Below, one piece after another: positions 1-10,172 of a DNA stretch of 64,000 nt. Both the position numbers and the translations under genes were made by a program. Each line of letters begins with the position of its first letter. The first letter of the stretch is position 1. Source of the DNA: Candidatus Izemoplasmatales bacterium (lineage in GTDB: Bacteria > Bacillota_I > Bacilli_A > Izemoplasmatales > Hujiaoplasmataceae); contig JBMNEZ010000001.1 of NCBI GenBank assembly GCA_050949045.1, forward strand, positions 128,001 to 192,000. The letters run 5' to 3'. Under the pieces are notes generated by a model. That model did no database searches, was not told the origin of the DNA, and worked only from the letters and a program-made list of their open reading frames with translations.

Positions 1-343
1 AAAGAATTGTGCCTATAAGCGAATATTCGGCGAGTATGCTCATAAAGAAACTGTATATCAGCGCGACAAAGGCGAAATACATGAGAAAACGTTTATAACT
101 CAAGATATCTAAAATCATGGGGTTATTAACAAGAAAACTCTCGCCAACGCTTGCGCCGATGGCAATCATAATAAATATGACTGCCAAGATGTCCGCCGCC
201 ACGACCTCGCGAGAAACGTTTCCGCCGTTAAATTCCGAAGCGCAGTTCAGTGCATACAAGAATAGTGCAACAACCGCAAGCACCAGCGCCAGAACGGATA
301 GATAAAAACTCGTTTGTTTATAGAACATTTTGATTTTATTCAT
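1..343 (-). CDS. Hypothetical multi-pass membrane protein (3' end outside the window)
   Basis: Not in the ORF track. ATG at 343 preceded by AAGGGAGAG; open to the window edge: MNKIKMFYKQTSFYLSVLALVLAVVALFLYALNC..., about 3 hydrophobic segments. Confidence 0.7.
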   Translation of the reverse strand, partial: MNKIKMFYKQTSFYLSVLALVLAVVALFLYALNCASEFNGGNVSREVVAADILAVIFIMIAIGASVGESFLVNNPMILDILSYKRFLMYFAFVALIYSFFMSILAEYSLIGTIL

Positions 344-399
344 AGTTCTCTCCCTTACATAAGCTTTTTACATTAAGAGACTGTAAAGCAAATAACGGT

Positions 400-2517
400 T
401 TATCCTCTCTTTACTCCGTCTTTTAGATAATATTCATAATCAAACATCGTCAACTCGACTGACGAGTAAAGATATATGCAGTCTATGATCGGCGCTTCAG
501 AATGGAAGGTTCCGCCGTGATTTTTGTTATTGCTGACGAGTAACGTAATTAAGTTGGTGCCTTTCTTGAGCGTCAAGCCTTCAATAATAAAGATGTCTTC
601 AAAGGGCGTTTTGTCCGTTGACAAGTCGCCAGACTCTACCAAGTTCGCCATCGGCAAGTACATTCCGCCGTATGCCAACCACGTTTTCGGCTCCGCGCCT
701 TCCCACTCGCCGTTAACGACTATTTTGAAATCGGTATCTGAAATAAAGTTGTAAAGAGGTCCGCCTTCTTCTTTGGACTTGGCCCCAAAGAACTGGTACG
801 ATTCGCTGGAAGCGCGGATATAAAGCACGGCATCGGTCTCTTCTTCTTCAGCTTCGATCACAAAATCAAGAGAGGCGCCGTAATAATAAAGTTCTCTGAC
901 AAAATACCCGTTGCTGACATTGCCGCCACGGACAAAGGTATGATCCATTATCAATCCCTCTTCGAAGGAGTTGGTCGATGTTCCTTGACCTAGCTTGTCA
1001 TGAAAATTCACTGCTTCCGCTTCAAAAGTATACTTTTTGAGCATTTTGCCATATACATTCGTATCTGCGATTAGATTCATGCTCGTACTGAACTTCGTTG
1101 TGAAGGCTTTGTCCCTGTACCAACCTGCAAAGACATAATTAGCTATGACTGGATCTTGAGGGGAGTTGTTCCCTACTGTTCCGTTATATTCCACTTCGAC
1201 TAAGGCGTGTGAGACGTCGCCGGCGCCGATATCATAGTAGTAATTCACTTTGATATCTTCATATTGCACCGCATCTTCAATCCATTTTGCGTAGAGCGTC
1301 AGATCACTGACTACGGGTGTATCCGCTAGAGTAAACTGATTGAGGCATCCGGGCTCGGTAAACCAACCGCCGAATGAATAGCCATCCCGTGCCAGCACTG
1401 AGAAATTTTGAATATACTTTTTATACTTGATAGTTTGTTTCGCGGGCTGTTCGGGCGGATTTTCAAAGTTGTAATCAAATTTGATCTCATATTCGCTTAA
1501 TGTCCAACCGGCATAAACAGTCAGATCATCGTTGATGCTCGAAAGGTCAGCGAGATGCTCTTGAGGAAGAGGGTCTTCCGAATTGGGATTGGTTTTGATC
1601 ATGTACCAACCGGCAAAATCGTGCCCCACGTAGGTCAAGGCGTCTTCTATTGTCTCTGCCTCTGTTTCAATCGAGGTGTTTTTGGCGACCAAATAGCTCA
1701 AGTTCAAGCTATCGTCAAGAACGCCGCCGTTTAGATTGAATGACACATTGTAGGCATTGCGGCTCCAACGCGCATAAATGGTAACATTTGAATCGAGCGG
1801 CGTTTCAAAATCAAAAGGTTCACCGCCGGTCGGCTTGGTATACCAACCGACAAATTCATATTGATCCCTTGTAGGTGCATCTACACTGATTGCTTCGCCC
1901 AGTTTTACCGCTTTGACGACGGGTGCGGGCGAACCGATATAGTTATAATCTATTGTCAAATATGCTTTTTGTTTTGACCATCCAGCATAAAGAGTAATGT
2001 CACTGGATACTGCCGAATCAAAATCATAGACCTGTGTACATTCTTTGTCTGTATACCAGTTAACAAAAGCATAAGTCTCATCTTCATCGTAAATGGGATT
2101 CTCGGGTAAGGCAAACACTGAATCTTTTTCGATTGCATATATTTCATCCATCGTCCGGTAATTAAGGAATTTCAAAGTGACGAGGCTTACCGCGTCATTT
2201 CTTTGCCATTTCGCATAAACGGTAATATTGTCATTCAATGGCTGCAAATGATCATATGCCACCGTTGCATCTTCTTTTTCGCTTAACATCCATCCTACAA
2301 AGTCAAAACCTGTACGTGAAGGATTGGCGGGAAGAGTGATAGACTGTCCTGCTTCAACGGTGATTTTTGCATAAATTCCCTGATAATTGTCATGAAAAAA
2401 GACAGTATGCACTTTAAGTCTTTCATCTTCGACGGGACGACCACATGCACCGAGGGCACTTATACATAATATCAAGAGAGATATAAACGGGATAAAGAAA
2501 TATAGTTTCTTATTCAT
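400..2517 (-). CDS. Lipoprotein with six InlB B-repeat (Listeria-Bacteroides repeat) domains and a C-terminal CBM6/CBM35-like domain
   Basis: Start moved to ATG 2517 (AAAGGAG RBS). Lipobox LGA-C; six repeats of P.R.GY.F.GWY...ITLYAKW; C-terminal YTFEAE...SNG...LKKGTNLI...PIIDCI. Confidence 0.8.
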   Translation of the reverse strand: MNKKLYFFIPFISLLILCISALGACGRPVEDERLKVHTVFFHDNYQGIYAKITVEAGQSITLPANPSRTGFDFVGWMLSEKEDATVAYDHLQPLNDNITVYAKWQRNDAVSLVTLKFLNYRTMDEIYAIEKDSVFALPENPIYDEDETYAFVNWYTDKECTQVYDFDSAVSSDITLYAGWSKQKAYLTIDYNYIGSPAPVVKAVKLGEAISVDAPTRDQYEFVGWYTKPTGGEPFDFETPLDSNVTIYARWSRNAYNVSFNLNGGVLDDSLNLSYLVAKNTSIETEAETIEDALTYVGHDFAGWYMIKTNPNSEDPLPQEHLADLSSINDDLTVYAGWTLSEYEIKFDYNFENPPEQPAKQTIKYKKYIQNFSVLARDGYSFGGWFTEPGCLNQFTLADTPVVSDLTLYAKWIEDAVQYEDIKVNYYYDIGAGDVSHALVEVEYNGTVGNNSPQDPVIANYVFAGWYRDKAFTTKFSTSMNLIADTNVYGKMLKKYTFEAEAVNFHDKLGQGTSTNSFEEGLIMDHTFVRGGNVSNGYFVRELYYYGASLDFVIEAEEEETDAVLYIRASSESYQFFGAKSKEEGGPLYNFISDTDFKIVVNGEWEGAEPKTWLAYGGMYLPMANLVESGDLSTDKTPFEDIFIIEGLTLKKGTNLITLLVSNNKNHGGTFHSEAPIIDCIYLYSSVELTMFDYEYYLKDGVKRG

Positions 2518-2543
2518 TGCATACTCCTTTATTTGACAATTAA

Positions 2544-2615
2544 CGGATAATGTTGGGATATTCTTTATCACAACGATATTTTACCGCGCATTAAAGAATA
2601 ATCCCAACATATCCG
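2544..2615 (-). other. Long intergenic stem-loop between the GH3 and lipoprotein genes
   Basis: cggataatgttgggatattcttta ... taaagaataatcccaacatatccg inverted repeat, about 22 bp stem, only a weak U-tract. Confidence 0.6.
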
Positions 2616-2670
2616 CCTGCTTAATTGATTCTTTCTATTGTCTTAAAATCTTTATTGCTTGTTTCTTTTG

Positions 2671-5600
2671 TTAATCAGACTTCCTGCGTTTTAAGAATAG
2701 TACTCCGAGAGACAGCAATCCGGTAACGAGGATTCCGGTTCCGGTTAGCGAGCTTCCGCATCCGCTTATCGGTTCTGCATCTTTTCCAGCAGGACCGGCA
2801 GGACCGGCAGGACCAGCTGCACCAGCATCGCCCTTGTCGCCCTTGTCACCTTTATCACCTTTAGCACCAGGATCACCCTTAGCACCAGGATCTCCCTTAG
2901 CACCAGGATCACCCTTAGCACCAGGATCGCCCTTGGCACCAGGATCGCCCTTAGCACCAGGATCGCCCTTTTCGCCGGCAGGGCCAGCTGGGCCTTCAAT
3001 GACACCAAGATTAACAACAGTGCCGTCTGAGAAGGTTACGAGCAATTCGCCTTCGTCGTTAATTTCCGTGGAAGCGATGCTGCCGTGTCCTACGACGATG
3101 GTGTATTCAGCGGAGCCTTTAATCCATCTATCAAATATTCCTTGTACGGTCACGGTGAAGGTTCCGATTTCGTCTGTGCTTCCAGTGATGATGCCTGTTT
3201 TTCTGTTCAATGCCAAACCTTCAGGCAGCATTCCGGAGGTAATTTGATAATCAAATATCGTTGCTTTATCTTTGGCGCCCGCAAAGCCAACATCAAGACT
3301 GACTGTTTCTTTCGCATCGACGATGAATTTGCCGGGAGTCCATTGAGATACGATGATACCGTTTTGAGAATGACCTGCATTTGCATATTCGCTATACATG
3401 ATCATGGCGCTGTAGCGAACAATGTACCATTGGTTATTGGAATAGTAAATGTCCTGCGTAGTATCCTGAGTTAGCGCTTCAGCTTCTGCAGGAACGAATT
3501 CACCGGCTGCGTGAGCCGCAATAAACCTATAATAACTTACACTGGTTTCTCCTGTAATCTTAACAAGATCGTTGATATTATAGGCTTTGGTAACGTCGAA
3601 TTCTTCAAATCTGGATGCATCCTCACCACCAAGTGTTTTTCTTCCAATATAGACGCCGCCAAGCGAGCCGGTAAGCTCATTGACATATTCCGGATCCCAA
3701 CGGCCTGAATAGGTGTTGTTTGCCGGGGTGCCCAGGTTGGTCGTGTTGTTTCCGCCAGGAGCGTGGTTGTGGCCAGTGCGAAGCATCAGGTCTTCAGAAG
3801 CGACATTGGCTTGTGGCGAGTACATATCGGGATGGAAGAAGAAGTTTGGACGGCCCCATTCCTCGCGTACAAGGATGTTGCACATATTGAAGCTCACCGG
3901 GGTAGGAACTGAACCGATACGGCCAAACGCCGACATCGCACCTTCGCTATTGCCTTCTTGAATCGCAATTTGCCATGGCTTCAAGTAGATTTCTCGCAGT
4001 GCCTGTTCTGAAACCCAAGCAAAGAGGTCACCCGAGTTACGATTGGTTTCTTGGTCGTTCAAGAGCATGTGTTTCAAGTGGCTTGTTACGCCGCGATCTT
4101 GAATGCCCTTGACAACTGCCTGAGCCATCCAGCCGGCATGGAAACCATCTTGTGAATAGTACTCGTTGTTACGACCTGAGAAAGGAGTCCGATGGAAGTT
4201 GATAGCCGGATTGAGCCATTGTGTTCTCTTGGTGTTCGTATTCAAGTTCTTTAGCAGGCCCATGTTGGCAGTGACTGCCCCTTGTTTGTAGCCAAGCTCA
4301 AGATTCCAGGTTGCTCCGATTGTCGCATTGCAGCACCAGGTGTATGTACCGTTAAAGTTAGTCGGGGAGTCAGCAATACCGCCAGTGGGAATTCCGAGGT
4401 TGGGAACAGGGTTACCATTGTTACCGCCACTCCAGCAAGCTGTATAGAAGTCGTTCCATGTCCACTGGTTCATGAACTTAAGCCAGACTTGTCTGCCCGT
4501 CATGCCGGCAAACTTGCCTTTGGCGATCATGCTGTCGTCATTGAAAACAATGCCGTTTAACTCACCAAACAGGATCCAATCATCGCCCGCAGCTTCTTTT
4601 GCCAAAGCTTGATAATCGGTATTTCCTACTTTGTTGGGAATTTGACTCCATCCCTCCATCATGGCGGCAGTAACGTCATAAAGTCCCGCTTGATTGCCAA
4701 GATAGCCGTTTAGACCTGCATCGCCTATAAATAATTTATCAGAGTATACATAATCACCGGTGTTGGTCTTCGTCTGTAACTCCGCTTCCATCACATCAGC
4801 GATATAAGAGGCATGAGTTACTTCTTCAACGTTGGCATCTTCGCCTGTTTTGATAAGTCTCATCGAAGCTGAGAAGTTTTGGCAATTTGTTCTGGTGTTG
4901 AAGGAAGCGCCCACTGCAATCGCCGCTGTGACTCTGACATTGTTGGTTGTTTCGCCGCCCCAACGAGTCGATTTGTATGTTACAAAGTCGCCTACTTCAT
5001 AAGCTTGAGTGGCAATTCCGTTTGCGATCGGGCCGTTGTCTTTAAAGACAATCGTAGCGATAGTTTTGATGACTTTGTAAATTCTATTACTGTCTACCAG
5101 ATAAGAATTTAGTGGAAAATCGCCGTCCACTGAAATTGGTGGAATAGCCTCGGTGTCCTTTGTGGCTTTATAAACCGCTTTACTATCTTCCACTCCAAAC
5201 TCATCATTAGTTTTATAAGCAGTTGATGTGGAGAAGTAAGCATACTCAGGCTTCCATTGATTCAGATCATAATTGTGATAATAATCCATCAAATCCGCAA
5301 ATGCCTTCGTGACGATCAAGCCACCGTCAAAGACGCCGGACAGTGTATCGACTTCCGCTTCATTAAATGGTCCCGCAGCATGATTTGCTTTAAACTTGTA
5401 ATAACTTACATTAGATGTTCCTGTCACTCCAGGTGTTACTGTGGTTATTTTGACAACATCGCCGATCACATAGGCTTTTGTAATGTCGAATTCCGAAAAG
5501 CTGGAAACAGGAACGCCGTCAACCGTGGTGACGGGAGCTTTTGGGAATGTCTGGACCATGTCAGATCTGGAAAGCAACTCTTGTTCTTTACTGAACAACT

Positions 5601-7281
5601 TGTCGTCATCATCAATTACGCCGTCGCCGTTCCAATCCACATCATTATTGCGGAGAGAATTGCTTCTGCCGTTTTCTTTCGAGAAAAGGTTCACAATTTC
5701 ATTGTCGGAAAAGTCGTCAAGTGCAAGTTTCGCATCGCCGTTGATTGTCAAAGTAATTTTTGCCGTAGCATTTGTGCAATGCGAGGTGTTGGAGGCAAAC
5801 AGATTGTATACTCCGCCTTCCAACTCAAAGCCCTTGAATCCGTTGCTATTCGCATCGGCATAATCATAAGAAGCCATATCTTGCAAATTAACATCGAGTT
5901 TCATAATCTGAAATTCGCCAGGATTGAGAAGATTTGTCTTTGCATAGGCAACCAGATTTACGGAAGCTTTTTCGATTTCTCCTCTTGTATAAGGAGCCTG
6001 TGAATAGATTTCCACTACTTCTTTGCCTGCCTCATCACCAGTATTCGTCACTTTGACGATCAGAGAAACCGTCTTAATCTTGGCAGGCGAGAATAATGAA
6101 GAACTGATATCCGCTTCATCAAGTTCACTGTGTGTGATCGACAAGATTTCCGTATTAAAGCTGGCATAAGACAAACCATAGCCGAATGGATAGACGACAT
6201 TGTCGGCATACCATGCGTCTGCCTGGGCTAAGCCGCCCGGCGAGCCGGCTTTACTCAATACGCCGTCGACATAATTCAGGTTTCCAGCCAGAATTTCCGC
6301 GTAAACGGTCTCATAATACTTGTATCCGATATAGATATCTTCGGAATAATCCACACCATGCAGAGAAATCGGGACCGGTTGGCTGCCGTCTTCTCTTAAA
6401 TATTTGTTGCTGCCAGCATCATTTTGAACGTTCGCAATGGAGTTGTACCAAGTTGGATCGAGCGAAAAGTCTTTTGGCCACACGTCAACGAGTTTGCCAG
6501 AGGGGTTCCACTCGCCGCTTAACAATTTTGGAATCGCCTTGATCCCATTTGCGCCGGGACGTCCGATATACATAATCGCATCCACTTTATTGTCATTATG
6601 AAGATTGTACATCTCCATTGGAGTGGATGTATTAAGAAGAACGACGACTTTGTCGCAGAGAGCCGCGGCCTTATCGATCATAGCAATTTCCTTTGCTGTA
6701 AGCATCAGGAAGTGTTTGAGATCGTTACCGTCTGAGTTTCTAGCCAAGCGTTTATGTTGCCAACCGCCGATGTTTTCTACTGCATCATTGGCAAGTTCGC
6801 TTGTTGCTACAGCAAGGTCTGATCCTTCACCGCCACCGCGTTTGAGAACCACAACTGCCACATCAGCGAATCCTTCAACATCTTTTGAGGCTGCCCCTGC
6901 AGCAGCATCCTCATTGATCAGAGTTGGATTCACCTCAAACCCATCGGCATCAAGCACGTCGATTACTTTATGGCTACCGCCCTGTAAAGAAGCTGCCGCA
7001 GCACCGAATACCGTTACGCCTTTGGCTTTGCTAAAAGGCAAGGCGTTATCTTTGTTCTTGAGCAGAACAGAGCCTTCTCCGGTAAGTTGAATATTCAATT
7101 CTGCAGCTGCGGCAGTAGCTTCGTCCTGCGTCTCATAGGTGGGAATCGCAATCCCGCCGTTGGCAGCGTAGGCACGAGAGCCGCTAAACAGGTATGCTGA
7201 TACCGCAGTCGCAAGCGCCAAAGTCAAAACCAGCATACATTTTCCAAGTATAAACCCGTTGTTTTTGCTTCTTCCTTTCAT
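2671..7281 (-). CDS. Surface-anchored GH3 glycosidase (reversed domain order, FnIII, inserted beta-modules, putative Ig, collagen-like stalk, C-terminal TM)
   Basis: Signal peptide; [30 protein letters not shown], then [34 protein letters not shown]; Gly-X-Y run; C-terminal TM + KRRK; AGGAGG RBS. Confidence 0.92.
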   Translation of the reverse strand: MKGRSKNNGFILGKCMLVLTLALATAVSAYLFSGSRAYAANGGIAIPTYETQDEATAAAAELNIQLTGEGSVLLKNKDNALPFSKAKGVTVFGAAAASLQGGSHKVIDVLDADGFEVNPTLINEDAAAGAASKDVEGFADVAVVVLKRGGGEGSDLAVATSELANDAVENIGGWQHKRLARNSDGNDLKHFLMLTAKEIAMIDKAAALCDKVVVLLNTSTPMEMYNLHNDNKVDAIMYIGRPGANGIKAIPKLLSGEWNPSGKLVDVWPKDFSLDPTWYNSIANVQNDAGSNKYLREDGSQPVPISLHGVDYSEDIYIGYKYYETVYAEILAGNLNYVDGVLSKAGSPGGLAQADAWYADNVVYPFGYGLSYASFNTEILSITHSELDEADISSSLFSPAKIKTVSLIVKVTNTGDEAGKEVVEIYSQAPYTRGEIEKASVNLVAYAKTNLLNPGEFQIMKLDVNLQDMASYDYADANSNGFKGFELEGGVYNLFASNTSHCTNATAKITLTINGDAKLALDDFSDNEIVNLFSKENGRSNSLRNNDVDWNGDGVIDDDDKLFSKEQELLSRSDMVQTFPKAPVTTVDGVPVSSFSEFDITKAYVIGDVVKITTVTPGVTGTSNVSYYKFKANHAAGPFNEAEVDTLSGVFDGGLIVTKAFADLMDYYHNYDLNQWKPEYAYFSTSTAYKTNDEFGVEDSKAVYKATKDTEAIPPISVDGDFPLNSYLVDSNRIYKVIKTIATIVFKDNGPIANGIATQAYEVGDFVTYKSTRWGGETTNNVRVTAAIAVGASFNTRTNCQNFSASMRLIKTGEDANVEEVTHASYIADVMEAELQTKTNTGDYVYSDKLFIGDAGLNGYLGNQAGLYDVTAAMMEGWSQIPNKVGNTDYQALAKEAAGDDWILFGELNGIVFNDDSMIAKGKFAGMTGRQVWLKFMNQWTWNDFYTACWSGGNNGNPVPNLGIPTGGIADSPTNFNGTYTWCCNATIGATWNLELGYKQGAVTANMGLLKNLNTNTKRTQWLNPAINFHRTPFSGRNNEYYSQDGFHAGWMAQAVVKGIQDRGVTSHLKHMLLNDQETNRNSGDLFAWVSEQALREIYLKPWQIAIQEGNSEGAMSAFGRIGSVPTPVSFNMCNILVREEWGRPNFFFHPDMYSPQANVASEDLMLRTGHNHAPGGNNTTNLGTPANNTYSGRWDPEYVNELTGSLGGVYIGRKTLGGEDASRFEEFDVTKAYNINDLVKITGETSVSYYRFIAAHAAGEFVPAEAEALTQDTTQDIYYSNNQWYIVRYSAMIMYSEYANAGHSQNGIIVSQWTPGKFIVDAKETVSLDVGFAGAKDKATIFDYQITSGMLPEGLALNRKTGIITGSTDEIGTFTVTVQGIFDRWIKGSAEYTIVVGHGSIASTEINDEGELLVTFSDGTVVNLGVIEGPAGPAGEKGDPGAKGDPGAKGDPGAKGDPGAKGDPGAKGDPGAKGDKGDKGDKGDAGAAGPAGPAGPAGKDAEPISGCGSSLTGTGILVTGLLSLGVLFLKRRKSD
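2779..2994 (-). repeat. Collagen-like repeat, 24 Gly-X-Y triplets (18-bp GDPGAK unit x6 plus 9-bp GDK/GPA units)
   Basis: Tandem ccttagcaccaggatc(a/g/t)c units, in frame within the GH3. Confidence 0.95.
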
Positions 7282-7801
7282 AAATCTTTCCTCCTAAAAT
7301 ATATTTTATATTAATAGTAACTACGACAGTTATCTATGATTTTAATTGCTATCGGTAGTTACATCTGATTTTAAGGTTAGTCCTTGGATAGATTTCCATA
7401 TATGAATACAAGATGCAAGACATATTGCAATCAGCCTTACAAGAAAGAAAAGATAATGAATGAATATAGAGCGGGCATAAAAATAGGATTGGTTTATGCA
7501 TACAAACAAAAAAAGTACACAAATCCGTTATATTCTGATCAGTAACTGATAATAAGCAGTCAAAAAATCAACAGTTTACAGAATGGTATACTTGCTTGAT
7601 TGAAAGATTGCTATCCACAAAAGCGCCAAAAATGAGTCAAAGCATGCAGGCACTAAAGATAAATGATATAAGAAAACGCTTTCAATCAACTTTACCACAA
7701 CATAAAGAAATTTTCAATGTTATTCAAAGCAGAATGCCTATTATTGCGGTTTTGATGCGTAACCTTAGAAAATATGTGCAGTGTTAATAAGCTATACATA
7801 A

Positions 7802-10156
7802 TTAAGAAACACTGATTTCTTGGCTGTTCGCTCCGTATTTGCTTGTTGCCATAACGATGATTTTTTTACTGTTGTTGTCGGGTCTGATAATAGCCTGTGC
7901 TTGGCCGTAATACGTGTCGGTAATATCGGTTGTATAGCCTCTAGCGTTATATGGGCAACCGTTGCCCAACCCTAGAAGTTTGCCGCCTTTGACGGATACT
8001 TTTATCTCCGCTTTTTCAAAAGGTTTCACAACTCCGTTTTTATCAGTCAAACTGATGTTCACGTAACACAGGGAGTTTCTCTTTACAGAGTTTTTTTCGG
8101 GTTTCAATGTGAGTATTGTTTCTGGTTGTGCCGTTTTCAATGAAGTTCTGGCAATCTCATTATTATCTTTATCCAAAGCGACCGCGATGACTTCGCCGTC
8201 ATAATATCTAGCAGAATAGATGACTTTGCAGTCCTTGCGTGTCCTTTTAACGCCGATCAAGCGATTATTGATGTATAGTGCCGCCTTGTAAGCGCGAGTG
8301 TATACCTCAATTTTTGTTTTTTTACCGTTGTAGCCGTTCCATGCCCAGCTTTGCAGGGCATTGGTCATTTTCCAGGCCGAGGGAGAATGCCGCTTACTTG
8401 TAATGCTGACTGGTCTGACGGCAATATTGATCTTGTCTAACTCGAAAGCCACGCGCGTGTAGGCGAGTTCCGCGGTTTTGTTGCCGGTGATATCTATTCT
8501 TCCCGATCCTGCTGTCAGCCATCCGACGCCTTGATTAAACTCGGGGGCATATTCTTTGTATTCCCATGCGCCTACGCCCACTTCGCCGAGATAGTCAATG
8601 CCTGCCCAGACGAAATCGCCAATCAATGAAGGATGTTTTTTGGCTAATTCATAAAATTTGTAGGCGTCTTTACAAAAGGTTTCTGTTCCCAGAATAACGC
8701 GATTCGGATATTTTTTGATATCTTTTTTGTAACGCAGAATGCCATAATTGTATCCTGCGACATCCAACTTCGCGAAGGCAGCTCTTGTCTTGAGGTCGCA
8801 GCCGCGCAGAGTGGCACCCAGTTTCATGAATTTATCACCGAACAACCCGGCGAAGTAATTGAAGAAAGCACTGCCCACAGGTTTGTTTTTTTGCGCTTTT
8901 TTGTCACTGTATACGCCAAAGCCGAGAGAATACAAATAATTGAAGAAGATGTTAATGCCGCATGTTACCGGTCTTGTGCTATCGAGTTCATGGCAATAAT
9001 CGGTCATTTTTCCGCAAAGCTCGATGCCTCTTTTTTCCGATGTTTCCGCCACTTCATTGCCGATTGAATACATGATCACGCTGGGATGATTGTAATCCTT
9101 ATCTATCATTGCTTTTAAGTCTTGTTCGTAATTGCTTTCCACATTCGTGGCATAATCATATTTAGTTTTATGAATATACCACATGTCGACATATTCATCT
9201 ACCACCAGCATGCCGAGGCGATCACAGGCAGTGAGCAAGGCTTTGGAACAGGGGTTATGCGCCGAGCGGATAGCATTATACCCGCTTTCCTTAAGAATCC
9301 TTATCTTTCTTTCTTCAGCGAAATCATAGGCGCACGCTCCAAGCAAGCCGTTATCATGGTGGATGCAAGCTCCGCGAAGGATAATTCTCTCGCCATTGAT
9401 ACAAAAACCCTTACTGCTATTGCATTCGATCTCTCTGATGCCAAAGGTTTCTTCGAGGGAATCGTTCTTGAAATCGACGCGACAGCGATAAAGATTGGGC
9501 GCATTAGGACTCCATAATAGGGCGTTTTTAATTTCGGCTTTGACTTTTAAAGCGCCTTCACTATAACCAGAAAACGAATAAACTGATCGGCCTTTATCAT
9601 CGTACAAAGACAAAGAAACATCGCCCTTAGCAGTGGTATTAATCGAGATTTCTACTGTTGCCGGAAAATATGAAAGTGTTTTGATCTTAACGCCATTTAT
9701 TTCAATATGTTCTTTTTCCGCCAAGTACATGAATACCGGGCGATAGATGCCGGCACCCGAATACCAACGGCTGTTCGGCTGGTCAGAATTTTTAACCAAC
9801 ACCTTGATATTGTTTTCTCTATCAAAATGAACGTAAGCGCTTATTTCAAAGTGAAAACCGGTATATCCATAATCGTGAGAAAACACTTTTTTGTCGTTTA
9901 TCAATATTTCAGCATTCCGGTATATTCCTTCGAATTCAAGAAAAATTTTCTTATTTGAATATTCTTGGGGGACAAAAAAATCTTTTTCATAAACATAATC
10001 ATAGGCTTCAAACCAACTTATGTTGACCCCGCCGGCGCTGTCACGGCTCCTATTTTCATGAATCATCGCATCATGAGGAAGGGTAATATCAATTTTATTA
10101 CCCTCCTTATTCGCCCTGTGGTATTTCCAATTGTCGTTGAACGGTATTTTATTCAT
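7802..10156 (-). CDS. Glycoside hydrolase family 2 (beta-galactosidase-like)
   Basis: RWYSGAGIYR, GACIHHDNG, IRSAHNP, MYSIGNE (acid/base), GTE (nucleophile region), GDFVWAG; no signal peptide. Confidence 0.9.
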   Translation of the reverse strand: MNKIPFNDNWKYHRANKEGNKIDITLPHDAMIHENRSRDSAGGVNISWFEAYDYVYEKDFFVPQEYSNKKIFLEFEGIYRNAEILINDKKVFSHDYGYTGFHFEISAYVHFDRENNIKVLVKNSDQPNSRWYSGAGIYRPVFMYLAEKEHIEINGVKIKTLSYFPATVEISINTTAKGDVSLSLYDDKGRSVYSFSGYSEGALKVKAEIKNALLWSPNAPNLYRCRVDFKNDSLEETFGIREIECNSSKGFCINGERIILRGACIHHDNGLLGACAYDFAEERKIRILKESGYNAIRSAHNPCSKALLTACDRLGMLVVDEYVDMWYIHKTKYDYATNVESNYEQDLKAMIDKDYNHPSVIMYSIGNEVAETSEKRGIELCGKMTDYCHELDSTRPVTCGINIFFNYLYSLGFGVYSDKKAQKNKPVGSAFFNYFAGLFGDKFMKLGATLRGCDLKTRAAFAKLDVAGYNYGILRYKKDIKKYPNRVILGTETFCKDAYKFYELAKKHPSLIGDFVWAGIDYLGEVGVGAWEYKEYAPEFNQGVGWLTAGSGRIDITGNKTAELAYTRVAFELDKINIAVRPVSITSKRHSPSAWKMTNALQSWAWNGYNGKKTKIEVYTRAYKAALYINNRLIGVKRTRKDCKVIYSARYYDGEVIAVALDKDNNEIARTSLKTAQPETILTLKPEKNSVKRNSLCYVNISLTDKNGVVKPFEKAEIKVSVKGGKLLGLGNGCPYNARGYTTDITDTYYGQAQAIIRPDNNSKKIIVMATSKYGANSQEISVS

Positions 10157-10172
10157 CTTAATATTTCAGTTC

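Noticed and set aside
2766..3247. ORFs 2834-3247 (+) and 2766-3017 (-) with repetitive translations
   Set aside because: Antisense or alternative-frame shadows of the collagen repeat; no RBS
5257..6003. 248-aa plus-strand ORF (likewise 55916-56611, 62636-63238 and most short track ORFs)
   Set aside because: Fully antisense or nested in well-supported genes; no recognisable motifs
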